This document shows positions 1-14,627 of a DNA stretch of 64,000 nucleotides, piece by piece. Origin of the DNA: Octopus vulgaris (lineage: Eukaryota); NCBI GenBank assembly GCA_951406725.2, contig OX597817.1, positions 22,382,001 to 22,446,000 of the forward strand, written 5' to 3'. Under the pieces are notes generated by a model. It was not told the DNA's origin. It was given only the letters and a program-made list of their open reading frames with translations, and did not search any database. Position 1 is the first letter of the stretch. Every line of letters begins with the position of its first letter. Made by a program: the position numbers and the translations under genes.

Positions 1-504
1 ATATTTCTTTGGATGTTTTAATATGGTTTTGGAGCCTGTCTCAACACTCACACTTTACTTTCCTTAAAACAAGACAGCTGCAGAATTGTGTAGATTTTAC
101 ACCATATAGATTATCCATGGTGTTGAAGGTCAACGCTTGAAATATAACAAATGCTCGGTGATAAAAGAAAATGAAAATTTCTCTAACCGAAGTATCTCTA
201 GCTTGTATTGATGTTTAGAAAATTGAGTTGGTTGATTAGATTCAGAAATATGATGTAAATATGTGTTATCTTCAGTTTTTCAACTACAAATACACATATT
301 AAGGGAATCTATCTAAAATATATTTACATAGAGGAGGCAATACAGATAGCCATTGAAATGCATGTTCGTGTATCGGGAATGCTTCATATACAGGAGTTAA
401 TACACACATGCATGCTTGTATATACATACATGTATAATGGCACACAGGCACACAAACATATATAGATATATACATAAATATATAAGTTTATACTATACAT
501 ATGC

Positions 505-724
<220 letters not shown>

Positions 725-1179
725 TTGTGTGTGTATGTATATATCTACACATATTTTGTACAAATGTACCTACTCTCACACATATCTATTCATATACCTA
801 AAGACACACATATGTGATCATGCATGTATGTACACACCCACACACCCCCACACACACATACATACAAACACATATATATGCATATACATACACACATATA
901 TACATGCACTCATATTTGCACAGGTGCATCCGCATATATGATGATGGCGATTGATTTTAATGATGATGTTGACAGTGAATATAGTTTGATAATATCGTAA
1001 AGAGAACAAGAGTAAATTTTCAGTTAATGTGTTATAATAATGAATGTTAAATAAGGAGAAAGATATTTATGTATGTTATGTTGTACAATGTTTACATATA
1101 TGCACACATACACATGCATACATGCACATGCCCATACATACATATCTACATACCTATCTACATACATACATATATTGAT

Positions 1180-1255
1180 GCATACATACATACATACATA
1201 GACATACATACATACTTACATACATGCATACATACATACTTACATACATGCATAC

Positions 1256-1286
<31 letters not shown>

Positions 1287-1341
1287 CATTCATACATACA
1301 TACACACATACATACATACATAGACATACATACATACATAC

Positions 1342-1372
<31 letters not shown>

Positions 1373-1610
1373 CATACATACATACATACATACATACATA
1401 CATACATACATACATACATACATACACATACATACATACATACATACATACATACATACATACATACATACATACATACATACATACATACATACATACT
1501 TACATACATACATACATACATACATACTTACATACATACATACATACATAGACATACATACATACATACATACATACATACATACATACATACATACATA
1601 CATACATGCA
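1180..1610. repeat. (CATA)n microsatellite
   Basis: Tetranucleotide array with minor variants. Confidence 0.97.
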
Positions 1611-1907
1611 TACACACATAGACATGCATGCACGTGCTTATGTGTGTAGGTAACCTTTCATTTATGTTGTAATGCATATATGTACCAAACCCATTTTTCA
1701 ACAGAACAGAAAACTGTTTCAATACAAATGAAGCAGCTATGATAATGCAGATATAAATGTGCATGAAGCTGTAAATGCTGCAAAAATTGGTAAATGTTTC
1801 AGATATAGTCACTCGCCCATGCAGAGAATGAAGAGGCATGGAAACGCTGCTATAAGAAATTTCTGAGTGTGAGGAATAGATGAAGGAGAGAGAAGGATTG
1901 TATCAAC

Positions 1908-2256
1908 TATCGGGTTGTTCGGAAAGTTCGTACCGATTTTTAAAGGAAACAAAAAGGTCAATAAATACTTGCCATTACATTTTTAATCAACCAAATATGA
2001 ACCATTTTGTTGCACAATGCGTCTTCATCTTTCCTTTAACTTGAAAATACCCTCTTCTCAGAATTGAGGTGGTTTCATGGCAAAGAATTCATCAAGGTAT
2101 CTTTTTACATCATCCAAGGATTGAAATTTTTACCATTAAGTCTATTCTGCAAAGACCTGAATAAGTGGAAATCCAAAGGAGCAATATCTGGGGAATATGG
2201 AGGGTGGGATAACACATCCCAGCCAAGCTGCAGCAATTTTTGTCTGGTTCCCAAAG
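1908..2256 (-). mobile_element. mariner transposon 3' fragment
   Basis: Translation TRQKLLQLGWDVLSHPPYSPDIAPLDFHLFRSLQN carries the mariner YSPDLAPxD motif; TA plus TIR-like TCGGGTTGTTCGGAAAGTT at 1908. Confidence 0.9.
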
Positions 2257-2776
2257 CATCAAATGCCGATAATGAACGATTGTATTGTATAATGCCAAGC
2301 ATGCATATCAATGCAAATATGTAAACATAGTTACTTCATCACAGAAATTAATAATATAGGAAAAGAGGCTGCAAAATGGCCATGATTCTCATTTCATAAT
2401 CCTTGGTTAGATGAAAATATCTATTCACCTCTCATACTTCCTGAATTTTATGGTTTTGTACATTCCTCATAAAATAATTCCATTGACTGAATTTTCTGGA
2501 TTTTAGTGGAATGGATACTCTGCATTGCACTTCTCTCTGTTGGATTATTATGTGGACAGATAGCTGAGTCTGTAAGAAGAGCTTTGTGTGACAGCCACAT
2601 GTTTCTCTGAATCTATATCTTCTTCTACTCATTTATAGATGTACTAGCTGATGTACCTGGCAATTCCCAGAAAAGTGGGGCTTATCACCTGGTCCCATTC
2701 TCATAATTATTTCGCTAATCCAATAGCAACAATACAATTTGGATATGAGATAATAGCAATTCCAATAAGTAACTCT

Positions 2777-3236
2777 TAAAATCAAAACTACCATAATAAA
2801 TAAACACATTGTACCAAACTCAAGGGAATGCAACTCATGAAGCGAGCATAACTACTTTATAAATTCTTATAACAGATTTTATCCTATTTTTAAATTGTAA
2901 ATTTAACCGGAATATATTCAATGCTGAATTGTATTCTGAATAAACACATATACCGAGATGCAATTCGAAAAGCCCGCCTTTTACATAGATATATAAGGGT
3001 GACCAATTCTATGTACTATGCTGAGTACATTTGCTGTTCATCTGGTATGTTGATTTTTGTTCATTTTTATGTATCGTGAATTATGCTTGCACTGACGATT
3101 AAAAAGTGCATTTTGTGCACTAATTATAAAATCATATGCTTTGCAGCTGAATTCTGTTTTTAAAATGCTCGCTTCGAGAGTTGCATTCCTTTGAGTTCGG
3201 TACAATGTGTTTTTTTATTATGGTAGTTTTGATTTA
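2777..3236. mobile_element. MITE-like element with ~70-bp terminal inverted repeats
   Basis: 2779-2849 is the reverse complement of 3165-3235 with about 4 differences; superfamily not identified. Confidence 0.75.
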
Positions 3237-3372
3237 GTGTGAGGCATTTATGTATAGTAATGCCCTTAATATAAGTAAATATATTTAAGAGTAATAATTG
3301 ATGGATTTTTCCCTTATGAAGTTTTTCATGCTAGCTACTTGATAAATACTTATAAAGATCTTATCATATTTT

Positions 3373-3425
<53 letters not shown>

Positions 3426-3429
3426 GTAT

Positions 3430-3880
3430 ATCATCATCATCATCATCATCATCGCTTAACGTCTGCTTTCCATGCTAGCATGGGTTGGACGGTTCAACTG
3501 GGGTCTGGGGAGCCCGAAGGCTGCACCAGGCCAGTCAGATCTGGCAGTGTTTCTACAGCTGGATGCCCTTCCTAATGCCAACCACTCCGAGAGTGTAGTG
3601 GGTGATTTTATGTGTCACCGACACAGGTGCCAGACGAGGCTGGCAAACGGCCACACTCGGATGGTGTTTTTCATGTGCCACCGACACAGGTGCCAGACGA
3701 GGCTGGCAGACGGCCATGCTCGGATGGTGTTTTTTATGTGCCACCGACACAGGTGCCAGATGAGGCTGGCGAACGGCCACGATCGGATGGTGTTTGTTAC
3801 GTGCCCACAGCATGGAGGCCAGTTGATGCGGTACTGGCTACAGCCACGTTCGGATGGTTTTCTTATGTGCCACCGGCACT
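3430..3880 (-). mobile_element. RTE LINE 3'UTR fragment with ~60-bp tandem units and (GAT)n tail
   Basis: Same 3' end as RT-linked copies at 18146-19292, 40618-41548 and 52072-52965; nearly identical to 48657-48980. Confidence 0.85.
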
Positions 3881-4307
3881 AATTTACCACAAAGATACAA
3901 ATTCCATTGATGTTCATCTATTTTGATTTGGTTTGATTTTTGATTTATATATATATATATATATAGTATTATATTATATATTTCATGGACATCAGGTCAG
4001 ACAGCAGAGAAATCACAAGAATCAACCTCTTGTAAATTGTGAATTGGCTATTATTTACAACAGAACATGTGCAACTTGTGGAAAGGTGTGCCATTGAGTT
4101 GGAAATTTGAAAAGACATGTTTCAAGAGTCATATAAGGGCCTTACATTGCATTATCAATGACTCATTTCAATGATTATTTCTAGCAATGGCTTTGCTCAT
4201 ATTTGAAAAAACAGCCACTATATGTATAATATATTATATATATTTATGCATATATATATGTATGTATATGTATGTGTATATATACATATATATATATAAT
4301 TGATATA

Positions 4308-5410
4308 GGATGAAAATTTTTCAGGACAAAAATTTTATCAATGGCCAGCATATCAAAAAATGCCTTTAAAGGTAAAATTTATACATAATTTACAAGATAA
4401 GGGCAGAAGAAGCGCTAATCTATTTATAATCTATTTATAAATAGATTAGTGTTTCACTTCCGGATTCTATCACTCTGTGAAAGTTTCTAGTTCGAATCAC
4501 ACGTGTCTCGAGGTGCACCTAAGATTTTTCTATTTGGATATATTTGGAGTACTTAAGTCTGCTCGGGACTTGGTGCCTGCTTCTTCCGTGGGTATGAATA
4601 AGTATTTCATTTATATCTCGCGTATGTGCTGCTGAAGAGGGGAAAATTTCTTGTGAATTAACCCCGAAATTGGACCAATACGGTAATATGGAAATTTTTT
4701 GAGATTTCTATCGGTTTGTTTCGAGACGCATAAATTTAATGGTTATCGACAATTTTTTGTTTCGGCGTATCTGGCATTAGAATTTTTCTTCTGCCCTTAT
4801 CTTGTAAATTACATGTTGTTTTCACCGTTAATGCTTCTGTATTTCATGTTTCTGTATTCCATTATTGTTTTTTGTTTTTTTTATATCTGTCCCTTTTGGA
4901 ATGTCCTGTCCGTGTTTATTGTGTCGTCTTCTTGAGTTATACGTTCTTGTCCATGTTGTATTTTTCTACATACCTTAACTTATATTCCAGGCGCCCCGTA
5001 CCCCCCTTAACATTTATGTGAGCACATATTCTTGAAAAAATTTGTTTGCTTGTTATCAGTCGTAAGACACTGTTGTTTTCACCGTTAATGCTTCTGTATT
5101 TCATGTTTCTGTATTCCATTATTGTTTTTTGTTTTTTTTATATCTGTCCCTTTTGCTGTCCTGGTGTTCGTATGCATTCGATCCTTCTTCCAGGAAATCT
5201 ACGCTTCCAGCTTAGTTTTTCTAATGCTCGTTGCTTGGTTTTTCTTGGAGGGCTGGCCGTGATCTAGTAATCTCAAGATTAATCAGCCGAAATTACTACG
5301 ATGATCCGGTTCTTGACTGAAGACTGAGGGTTTCGAATGTCCTGTCCGTGTTTATTGTGTCGTCTTCTTGAGTTATACGTTCTTGTCCATGTTGTATTTT
5401 TCTACATACC

Positions 5411-5414
<4 letters not shown>
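4308..5414 (+). mobile_element. Penelope-like (PLE) non-coding fragment with inverted and direct partial repeats
   Basis: Lies between TA-rich repeats; 26-bp inverted repeat 4386-4411/4786-4811; hammerhead at 4627-4685; direct duplications 4814-4898=5071-5155 and 4899-4978=5335-5414. PLE assignment is inferred from architecture; no RT or GIY-YIG coding sequence seen. Confidence 0.65.
4627..4685 (+). ncRNA. type I hammerhead ribozyme (PLE-type)
   Basis: Stem I TGCTG/CGGTA, core CTGAAGA 4632-4638, stem II GGGG/CCCC, GAAA 4666-4669, stem III TTGG-A-CCAA, AUA triplet. Confidence 0.75.
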
Positions 5415-5452
<38 letters not shown>

Positions 5453-6206
5453 GTTTATATATTTGTTGTGCAAGATTTTTTTTTATTATTATTACTAGTA
5501 TTGTTGTTATACATACATACATACATACATACAAGCATATGTAATGATAATAATAATAAGTGGATGTAAGCACATGAACAAAATAAGTATAAACAAAAAC
5601 AAATTTCATGAACGTATATAAACAGAAGATACAAATATTACAGGCACCCCCCTCCCCCCACACACTAAATAAACATAGACGCACATAGAGATATAAGTAT
5701 GCGCAAAAGAAGACATACAATAGAAATACAAAATGGCCGACGGTTAGTAAGGAGAGACACAAATAAGAAAGAAGAAAACAAAGGACCACTGATGTGGTCA
5801 CAGGAGTGTGACAAAAGGACTCTGGCCAAAATAAGATTAAGATTAAAGTAAAAAATAAATAACACTGAAGCAAAGTAACACCAAATATATAGTGCGTGTG
5901 TTTTTATTGGCTAAACTGGCAAAATGACCATTCCGAAATATAACAATATATATTTATATATGTATAACAATTATCATCGTCTTTACTCAGTATCTGCTTT
6001 CAATGTTGGCATGGTTTCTATGGCTGTATGCCCTTCCTAGTGACAACCACTTCACAGTGTGTACTGGCTGCTTTTACATAGCACTGGAATGAGTGTTTTT
6101 AAGTAGCACTAGCATGGTCACTTTTACATGGCACGAGCATAAGTGTTTTTTTTATGTGACATCAGCACCTGCAAATCCCCAAGAAAAGGACCGTTATACA
6201 CACACG

Positions 6207-6254
<48 letters not shown>

Positions 6255-6257
6255 TAT

Positions 6258-6452
6258 GCAGAACCACATATTGGGCCTATTTTGATTGACCAGGTGCAAT
6301 AAGTTCTCGATCTTGGATTTGTATTGCTCACCAGTCACAGAGACAGCATTCCCATCAACATCCTCAAAGAAATAAGGCCCAATTATCTCATCTACCATAA
6401 TTGCACACCATACTGTACACTTTATGAAGTGCAATTCTCTTTTGTGCTCCCT
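6258..6452 (-). mobile_element. Tc1/mariner-superfamily transposase fragment (rosa/DD41D-like)
   Basis: KCTVWCAIMVDEIIGPYFFEDVDGNAVSVTGEQY...NMWF matches the VWC-IIGPYFF-TVNGERY-WFQQDG pattern. Confidence 0.8.
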
Positions 6453-9400
6453 GGGTTTGAATAATTGACCCCTGATTTTGATAGAAGAATTTCACCACTT
6501 GGGTGCTCTGTGTGGTGCCATATTTCCCATAATTAATTTTCAGGACCTAGTTCATAAATTCCCCGAAAAGAAATAAAAAAATAAAAGAATAAAAGAATTA
6601 TCAAAGACTGTAACCCCTCAGTTGACTATTGGGCCACTCTCTCTCTATATATATGCGTTTGTGCATATACATATGCATACACAGTCATATAATCGCACAT
6701 TCATCTTCATACTCTTCAGTATTGACTGCTGACATTCATTCACTTTCACTATTTAACCATCTCTTGGTATCCATCCCTCACTCAAGTCTATCCTATTTAG
6801 TGCTGATGCTGCAATACAATGCACACAGTACACTGTTCAGTGTGGACTAAATAAGACCTTTTAGTTCTGTGGAAAAAGGTACCCACTACACTCAATAAAT
6901 TGATTGATTTTAGAAAAGTCATCCAACCATAGAAGTCAAGCCATAAATTAATCTCACAAGAGATATGACCCTCTCCTTGACCTATCTAGTAGAATAGCAA
7001 TGACTAATACAACTCATGCTAGCATGAAATGCAAACAGAATATGATGATTATGATACACATATGTATATAGGCATACACACACACACACGCTCTCAAGTA
7101 CATTTGCATACATATACATAGGATAGGGATGTATAATGATTTATATATTCATAGAACCACTTGTGAAGACTGAGATACAAAATGCTCGCTAACATATATG
7201 GAATACAATGAAGAATGCATTTGCATTATTGGATCCTTCAACCAAAGCTTCCACGTGAATGTCCATTCTGCTGAGTTTTTCTTTTATTGCTCAGACATAA
7301 AGGCATTTGTTTGATTGATACAAAGTGTGTAGGCCTGTTTGTACTGGCAAAATATGATATTCTTTTCAGTCTCTTGTCATTCTATAGGATCAAATCAAAT
7401 AGGCCACAGAGTAATGAAGAAAGCGATATTCTTGTGCTATATATAGTCTTCAGGTATATGCAAATATGTCGATACACACAAATATGCATACATGCATACA
7501 CGTACACTCTTACATAGACTCATGCACTATGCACATGCAAATAGGAACAGAGGCATATGGACATTAATATACAATAGTTGATGCATGCTTGAATGCTCAC
7601 CTGCACACTAACCAACATATTTGAAGTGGGAAATAAATGTGCACTCTCATATATTTTACTCTCTGATATACGCATGTATACAGATGCAGCCCTAGATATT
7701 TGTAGTCTTGCAAGCTAGAAGTTTCCATCTCACATACCTGCATATTCAATCTTTCTCCGTCTCCCACACATATGCACATTTGCTCTCTCGCAAACATGGC
7801 CATTAATTCTCTTCTCCTCACTCCCTCGCTTTCTTAAAAGCAATCGTATTCGGTCCCCTCTTTTCCAACACATGCTCTTGCACATAAAAATTTACACAAA
7901 TGTGCATGCACATTACAATAATGACATTAACTCTCACATACCTTGCAGACACTTTTGAAATGCACAGACATACCTATGCTCGATCATGCATATACATAGA
8001 TATTCACACCAAGTCTAGATGCATAGTTACACTTTCGCAATTGGTCATGTATCAGATCATATAAAATCACTGAGACAAACATGCAAACATTAACATAAAA
8101 ATACACAGATATCGTTTTCTTTCCCCACAAATATAAATTCACACAAGCAAGTTTATTGAGATACAATTATGAAATTGCACACTCACAAAAATCACATCGG
8201 AGCCCCTTTTCACAGTCAAATACACCCTTAAACTTTTATAACCGTACACTTCTTAAGAACTTACACAAACACATGGACACAAAGAGACATGCAATCACAT
8301 ACATAAATACTTGTTAACAAAATAAAGAAGCAAGTGCACAAAACACATGCACATATGTGCATGCATGCCTGAACATGCATCAACGAATGCATTACAGTGA
8401 GAATTTTTATATGAATTACTACAAGCCTAAATTCCCTTGATTAATGTTTTTCTAACATAGCTGTAACTTTAAGTGTGATAAAAACTAGAAATACAGCTTG
8501 CTTTTGAGAATTGCATTTAATTCCAAGCTTTTGAGTTCAAATTTGTGCAAATCAAATATTTGAATATGTGAAAGCAAAATTTGTTTAAGTTGTTAAAAAT
8601 AAAAAGAAAAGAAGAGATTATTTTATATTTTTTTAGACAACTTTTATATCCTTTACTTCAATGCTTGCATGGAATGGATTTGACAAATCTATAAATTCAA
8701 GTGTCTGCCTTTCATTTTCTTTCGTTGTTTTTCTTCCGTTATCAGCTTGTGTTTTACAGTTGAATGATTTGGTTAATGGTAGCTATTCTACTGTCAAATA
8801 GTATTGTTTCCAATTTCCAGGCAAGCTGCAACATCAGGAATACCAAAAGATCTTTTCTTTTTCTAAATGGTTGATTTTGCTAAAGGTTAACTATTCATTC
8901 AATGAAACAAAACAGGCTGTTTCCTAATTCCACATAGCCTCAATTCTAGAGCAATATATCTTGTCATAGAACAACATAGAAAGCAATTACCTTTTTATGG
9001 AATCTTAACAGAAATACCTTAAAATTTTAACCATTCTATTAAAATACATAGAAATGTTTAAATCACAGCAAAGTGTACCAGAAATTTTGTTTCTTTTTTC
9101 TGATACTTACACGAAGAAGAAAGCAAAAAATGCGTATTCCTCAACTATATAAAATCGTCAGTGGATTTGAACCTCAAACCTCTGATATAGCTGTCTTGCT
9201 TACTTAGTGGTTTCCCTTCTATGTAAATATATTCACTTTAATGGATTTTCTCATGAATACAGCCTTAGTTCTTAACAATACTCTGCAGGTACAAAACTTA
9301 CTGCAGCTTAGAACATTTGAAAAGCTTCAAGGAAGTTATTTAATGGTTTGTTTGTTTGACAATGCCTTCTGTCTGCAGGGAATATGTTGTGAAGTGTTGT

Positions 9401-9921
9401 ATATAATTCCTAGCATGTTTTCAGTGTTGTGGCATGAAATTTTGTTGTTGTCTCTTTAGCCCCAAGTCAGCTGTGATGAAGCAGACTTATTTACAAAAAG
9501 CATTCCATTTTCTATCCAGTGTTATTTTCTGGGATCATGTGTCTAATAGTACACTTTTCTATGTTGGCTGAGGTATTAAGTGTGATGGTGGTAAGTGACA
9601 TTGGAGATCCATGTTTAGATAATGAAGACTCAATTGTTTAATCAAACTAAAAAGCTGCTCCTGATATAATGTAATATCATGTAAGTAACTGAGCATTCCA
9701 CAGACACATGTATACTAAATGTAATACTCAAGCAGAATTTGCATGATACAATACATGTGAAAATGTTGTCTTTTTGAAATACTGGCACACTCCACCAGAA
9801 TGCTTTCACTTATCTTAGCTCCACAGTTGCACAAACATTGATGTATATACACACAGTCATATGGGAATGCTAAGACACTATGCATGAGTGTATATATATA
9901 TATCTGTACAACATATGATCC

Positions 9922-10298
9922 AGTGGCAAGCTGGCAGAAACGATAGCATGCTGGGTGAAATGCTTATCGGTATATTGTCTGTATTTACGCATTGAGTTCA
10001 AATTCCGCCAAGGTCGGCTTTGCCTTTCATCCTTTCAGAGTCGATTAAATAAGTACCAGTTAATCCGTTTGTCTGTCCTTGTTTGCCCTCTCCGTGTTTA
10101 GTCCCTTGTGGGTAGTAAAGAAATAGGTATTTCGTCTGCCGCTACGTTCTGAGTTCAAATTCCGCCAAGGTCGACTTTGCCTTTCATCTTTTTTGGTTCG
10201 ATTAAATAAGTACCAGTTAAGCACTGGGGTCGATATAATCGACTTAATCCATTTGTCTGTTCTTGTTTGTCCCCTCTGTGTGTAGCCCCTTGTGGGCA
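9922..10298 (+). mobile_element. tRNA-derived SINE family A, one full copy plus a tandem partial copy
   Basis: A-box-like TGGCAGAAACG, B-box GAGTTCAAATTCC, body GCCTTTCATCCTTTC..GTCGA..AAGTACCAG; six loci in the window. Confidence 0.9.
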
Positions 10299-11069
10299 TT
10301 AACCTCACAGCATTTGCTGCAAACCCTGGTGTTGCTGCCCATAATGTGGAGGAAACAAAAAAATTTGTGCCAGTCGGCACTGAGATGTAAGGTGTTCTAC
10401 AACCCCATACTACTGATTTCCTCTGAAGAATAGGGATAATGGCAGTATGTCAGAAAATGAGTTCCACAAGGGGGAATAACTACTGTAGTAAGTATCACAG
10501 GCCATTCTCTGTGGCAATGCCATCAAGGCCATTGCCACAACACATGGCTCAGCACCCCACTTATTCTGGGATTTGTGGCCCCTCGCCCCCTCCCTTCCAT
10601 CTTTTGCTGTTGTGCCCCCACCACCATTTTTCGTTTTGTGTATGCACAAACACGCATATACAAACATTAATGTATGTAAACAAAGTCATATGGGCATGCT
10701 AAGACACTATGCATGAGTGCATATATATATTTCTGTACATCATCCTTTTCTTTCATTTTTTCATCTCTCTTCTTTCGTGTTTCTTTGTATCTGATACATA
10801 AACATAGTCGTTACATAGAATGAATTAATCTGTACATAACTAATCATGAAAGACAAACATCAAATGTAATACATTACTGTATTTATATGTAGATATCCAA
10901 TTCTATATCTATAACTTTTAACTAGACTTCTGTATGTTTTGTAGGGTTTGTGATGTGTTTTTTTCTTGTCTAACTGGTTTTGTTGAATGTTGTTCCCTTT
11001 TTGCCATATTGAAGTGGCTAAAGGAGGAACGAAGTGGTGAGAAAGGATATTTGAACACTGAGCATCACT

Positions 11070-11592
11070 GAGGAAATGAAAAGGAACCAGTTGTGAAAAT
11101 TTGGTGTGCCTGAAAAGACACACAAAAGGATTCGTTGAACCATTCTTTGTATGGTACTATGATTGGTCCCATTTACTTGAAATTGCTGTGTAAATCTTTC
11201 ACACTTATTATTGAAATGAACTTTAAAGATGTTGAGCTTTATATCCAGCAAGATGGCCTTCTCCACTCACTTGGCTTGAGGAAATTGCAGCAAGATGAGA
11301 CACCCCCACACTACTTTGATGAAATTTTGTCAAACTGGCTGATTGGATGAAGTGGTTCAGGTGAATAACCTCCATGTTCACCTGAACTAACACCACTAGG
11401 AATTTTTTATTGGTATACTTAAAAGATGAAGATTGCAGTACAGAACAGGTAGCAGTCAATGAACTGTGAAGCACCATTGAAAAAGAATGTACACACATAC
11501 AGAAGGAAATTTTTCTTATGTTAGTAATTCCATTATCTTGCTCTATCAACAGTACCTGGGTTAGAATGACCATCAATTTGAAATCAGGCATT
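11070..11592 (+). mobile_element. degenerate Tc1/mariner-superfamily transposase (rosa/DD41D-like) C-terminal half
   Basis: YIQQDG / QQDETPPHY / WLIG*SGSGE*PPCSPELTPL / NDHQFE motifs, with stops and frameshifts. Confidence 0.8.
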
Positions 11593-11802
11593 CATAAAAT
11601 GATTAAATTCGGTCTATAGATTTAGATTCTCTTAAATTTTGAAAATGAAATATATTTCAATAAACATCAGCTTTATGATCATTCAGTATGTGTATTCGCA
11701 TTTTGAGAAGAACCTGCATATAGACATACACTTTCATGCATACACATACCCTCACATAAGTACATACGAAATATACTGAAATAAGTTGTTTTATTTTTAT
11801 AT

Positions 11803-11963
11803 GCGCAGGAGTGGCTGTGTGGTAAGTAGCTTGCTAACCAACCACATGGTTCTGGGTTCAGTCCCACTGCATGGCACCTTGGGCAAGTATCTTCTGCTAA
11901 AGCCCCGGGCCGACCAATGCCTTCTGAGTGGATTTGGTAGACGGAAACTGAAAGAAGCCTGTC

Positions 11964-12005
<42 letters not shown>

Positions 12006-12214
12006 ATGTGTTTCTGTGTCTGTGTTTGTCCCCATAGCATTGCTTGACAACCGATGCTGGTGTGTTTACGTCCCCGTCACTTAGCGGTTCGGCAAAAGAG
12101 ACCGATAGAATAAGTACTGAGCTTACAAAAGAATAAGTCCCAGGGTCGATTTGCTCGACTAAAGACGGTGCTCCAGCATGGTCGCAGTCAAATAACTGAA
12201 ACAAGTAAAAGAGT
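11803..12214 (+). mobile_element. tRNA-derived SINE family B (CORE-like segment, internal (TA)n(TG)n, CR1-like tail)
   Basis: TGGCTGTGTGG A-box, GGTTCAGTCCC B-box, GGCACCTTGGGCAAGT, tail CCAGCATGG..CAGTCAAATAACTGAAAC. Confidence 0.9.
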
Positions 12215-13106
12215 AAGTAACTATAAGTGAATATGCCCATTTTGCAAAGTTTTTCTACTAAGTTTTTATACATGAGAGTTTGTTCATACAAGAATGTTTA
12301 TGAAGATACATTTATCTATTGCTGATTGTAAGAGGGGGACTTACGTATATTATATAGTATACTTATTAAGTACATTGTTAGAACCACTTCTACAAGATAT
12401 AAAAGTGTTTTATCATTTCATTCCACTAACATTATTTGCTCATTTCTTGCTATCAGAGTTAGACACGAAGGGAATATATTTGGCCAGATATTTAGGAGTG
12501 AATTAATACAGCGTCTGTTTGTGTATCTGTGAGTTTGTGTATGTGTAAGATATACTTTGTGTGAACTTGTATCATTGTGTTTATATTTATAAGAGTTGTA
12601 CAAATGCATGTATATTGTATGTGTGTGTGTGTGTGAGTGTATTTGTGTGCATGCGTGTGTTGTGTGTGTATTGCTTTATGTAGCTTGTATGCTTGCTTAT
12701 AACACTTATAAGACACAATCACATACATGCATGCACAAACACACATACACAAACATTGATGTATGTAAACACAGTCATATGGGAATGCTAAGACTACGCA
12801 TGGGTGCGTATATATCTGTACATCATTTGTACATGGTGTTTAAATATATATCTGCACCTGTGTATATATATATGTGTGTGTGTTTGTAAGCATGCACATA
12901 TATACAAATGTACAAATGTATGTGTATATGTATATATGCTTGTGTGTATACTAAAAGACAAATAAGAGAAAAACACGCATGCACATTTATGTTTATATAA
13001 CACTTTAGTATATGTAGGTAACTAATGCACCATACCATAGCATTCATTCACATGCACATTGTGAATGTCTACCACATACATTGAGTGTGTGGTCGATAAT
13101 AAATAA

Positions 13107-13155
<49 letters not shown>

Positions 13156-13256
13156 TATATGTATATATATATAGATGATAGACAAACATATGTATACATA
13201 TATATATGTGTGCATGTATATATGTATGTGAATATATATATATATATACATATATG

Positions 13257-13295
<39 letters not shown>

Positions 13296-13386
13296 GTATA
13301 TATGTATGTATATATATGTGTATGTGTATATATATATGTATATGTATATATGTATGTATATATATATATATATATGTATCTGTATC

Positions 13387-13438
<52 letters not shown>

Positions 13439-13461
13439 ATATGTAGCACTATCTGAACGGG

Positions 13462-13665
13462 ATTGATGCCAGGCCTGCCTGAGTAGCTCCTGTGCCAGTG
13501 GCATGTAAAAAGCACCCACTATACTCTTGGGGTGGTTAGCATTAGGAAGGGCATCCAGCTGCAGAAACTTTGCCTGATCAAATTGGAGCCTGGTGCAGCC
13601 ACTGGCTCTCCAGACCTAAGCCAAACTGTCGAACCCATGCCAGCACGGAAAACGATGATGATGAT
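13462..13665 (+). mobile_element. RTE LINE 3' end fragment
   Basis: GGAAGGGCATCCAG segment, CCATGCCAGCACGG hairpin, (GAT)n tail. Confidence 0.8.
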
Positions 13666-13679
13666 ATGCATGTGTGCTT

Positions 13680-13725
<46 letters not shown>

Positions 13726-13879
13726 ATACATATACAATGAATAAAATCCAACAGAGAAGAAACTGAGAAACTTCAAATAGAAATACATAGATTAGATTAC
13801 CACAATGAAATAAAAATAGCAGTAATAACAGAAGAATTAGTAAGATGAAAAATAGAACACAATAACTGTGTGTCTATAT

Positions 13880-13910
<31 letters not shown>

Positions 13911-14571
13911 ACAATATACATATCCATACATGATTGATATATATATGAATATGTTTATACTTATTAACACATATATATACATACACATAAATACATACAA
14001 AGATGAATATATATATATATGTCTGTGTGTGCATGTAATACATATATATCCGTTTGTATACATCTGTTTGTGTGTTTATATATATATATATATACACACA
14101 CATATTTACATTCATATACACACATACACACACACACAAATATATATATATATATATATATATATCATATACATATCTATACATGCATGTGCACACACAG
14201 ACACATGCGCACACACAGACACATGTGCACACATGCACACACAAAACAAATCTAAACTTTTGGAAAGTCATGACTACGATATCAGGTATGCAGACAGTAA
14301 AGAGAATATAAGTGACGTGGACGAGGGGTTTAAAGTGGGAAGTTGGTGCCATTAGAATAGGGTAAGAACTTGAATTAATAAAGCAAGGATATCATGTGAG
14401 TCAAGTAGAATTAATCAATACTTTTGGTCAATGAACTTAGACAGAAGTCTTCGTTTTAAATGCCATGTTGCATGCTGTAGGTATTATAGTTATGTCACTA
14501 AGAATATGTGGCTGTATATGTGTGTGTGTATGTGTGTATATGTGTGTGAATATGTATGTGCATATCTGTTA

Positions 14572-14627
<56 letters not shown>

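Noticed and set aside
2507-2571. AG/GT-bounded hydrophobic peptide EWILCIALLSVGLLCGQIAES
   Set aside because: No independent support; such frames arise by chance in T-rich DNA
3602-3800. HDV-like ribozyme in the 60-nt unit (GCCAGCCTCGTCTGGC on the minus strand resembles P3/L3)
   Set aside because: No P1 partner or P1.1, and the loop varies freely between units
4108-4182. Minus-strand hammerhead remnant (GAGTCA/TGACTC stem, GAAACATGTC)
   Set aside because: CUGAnGA core and stem I are not recoverable
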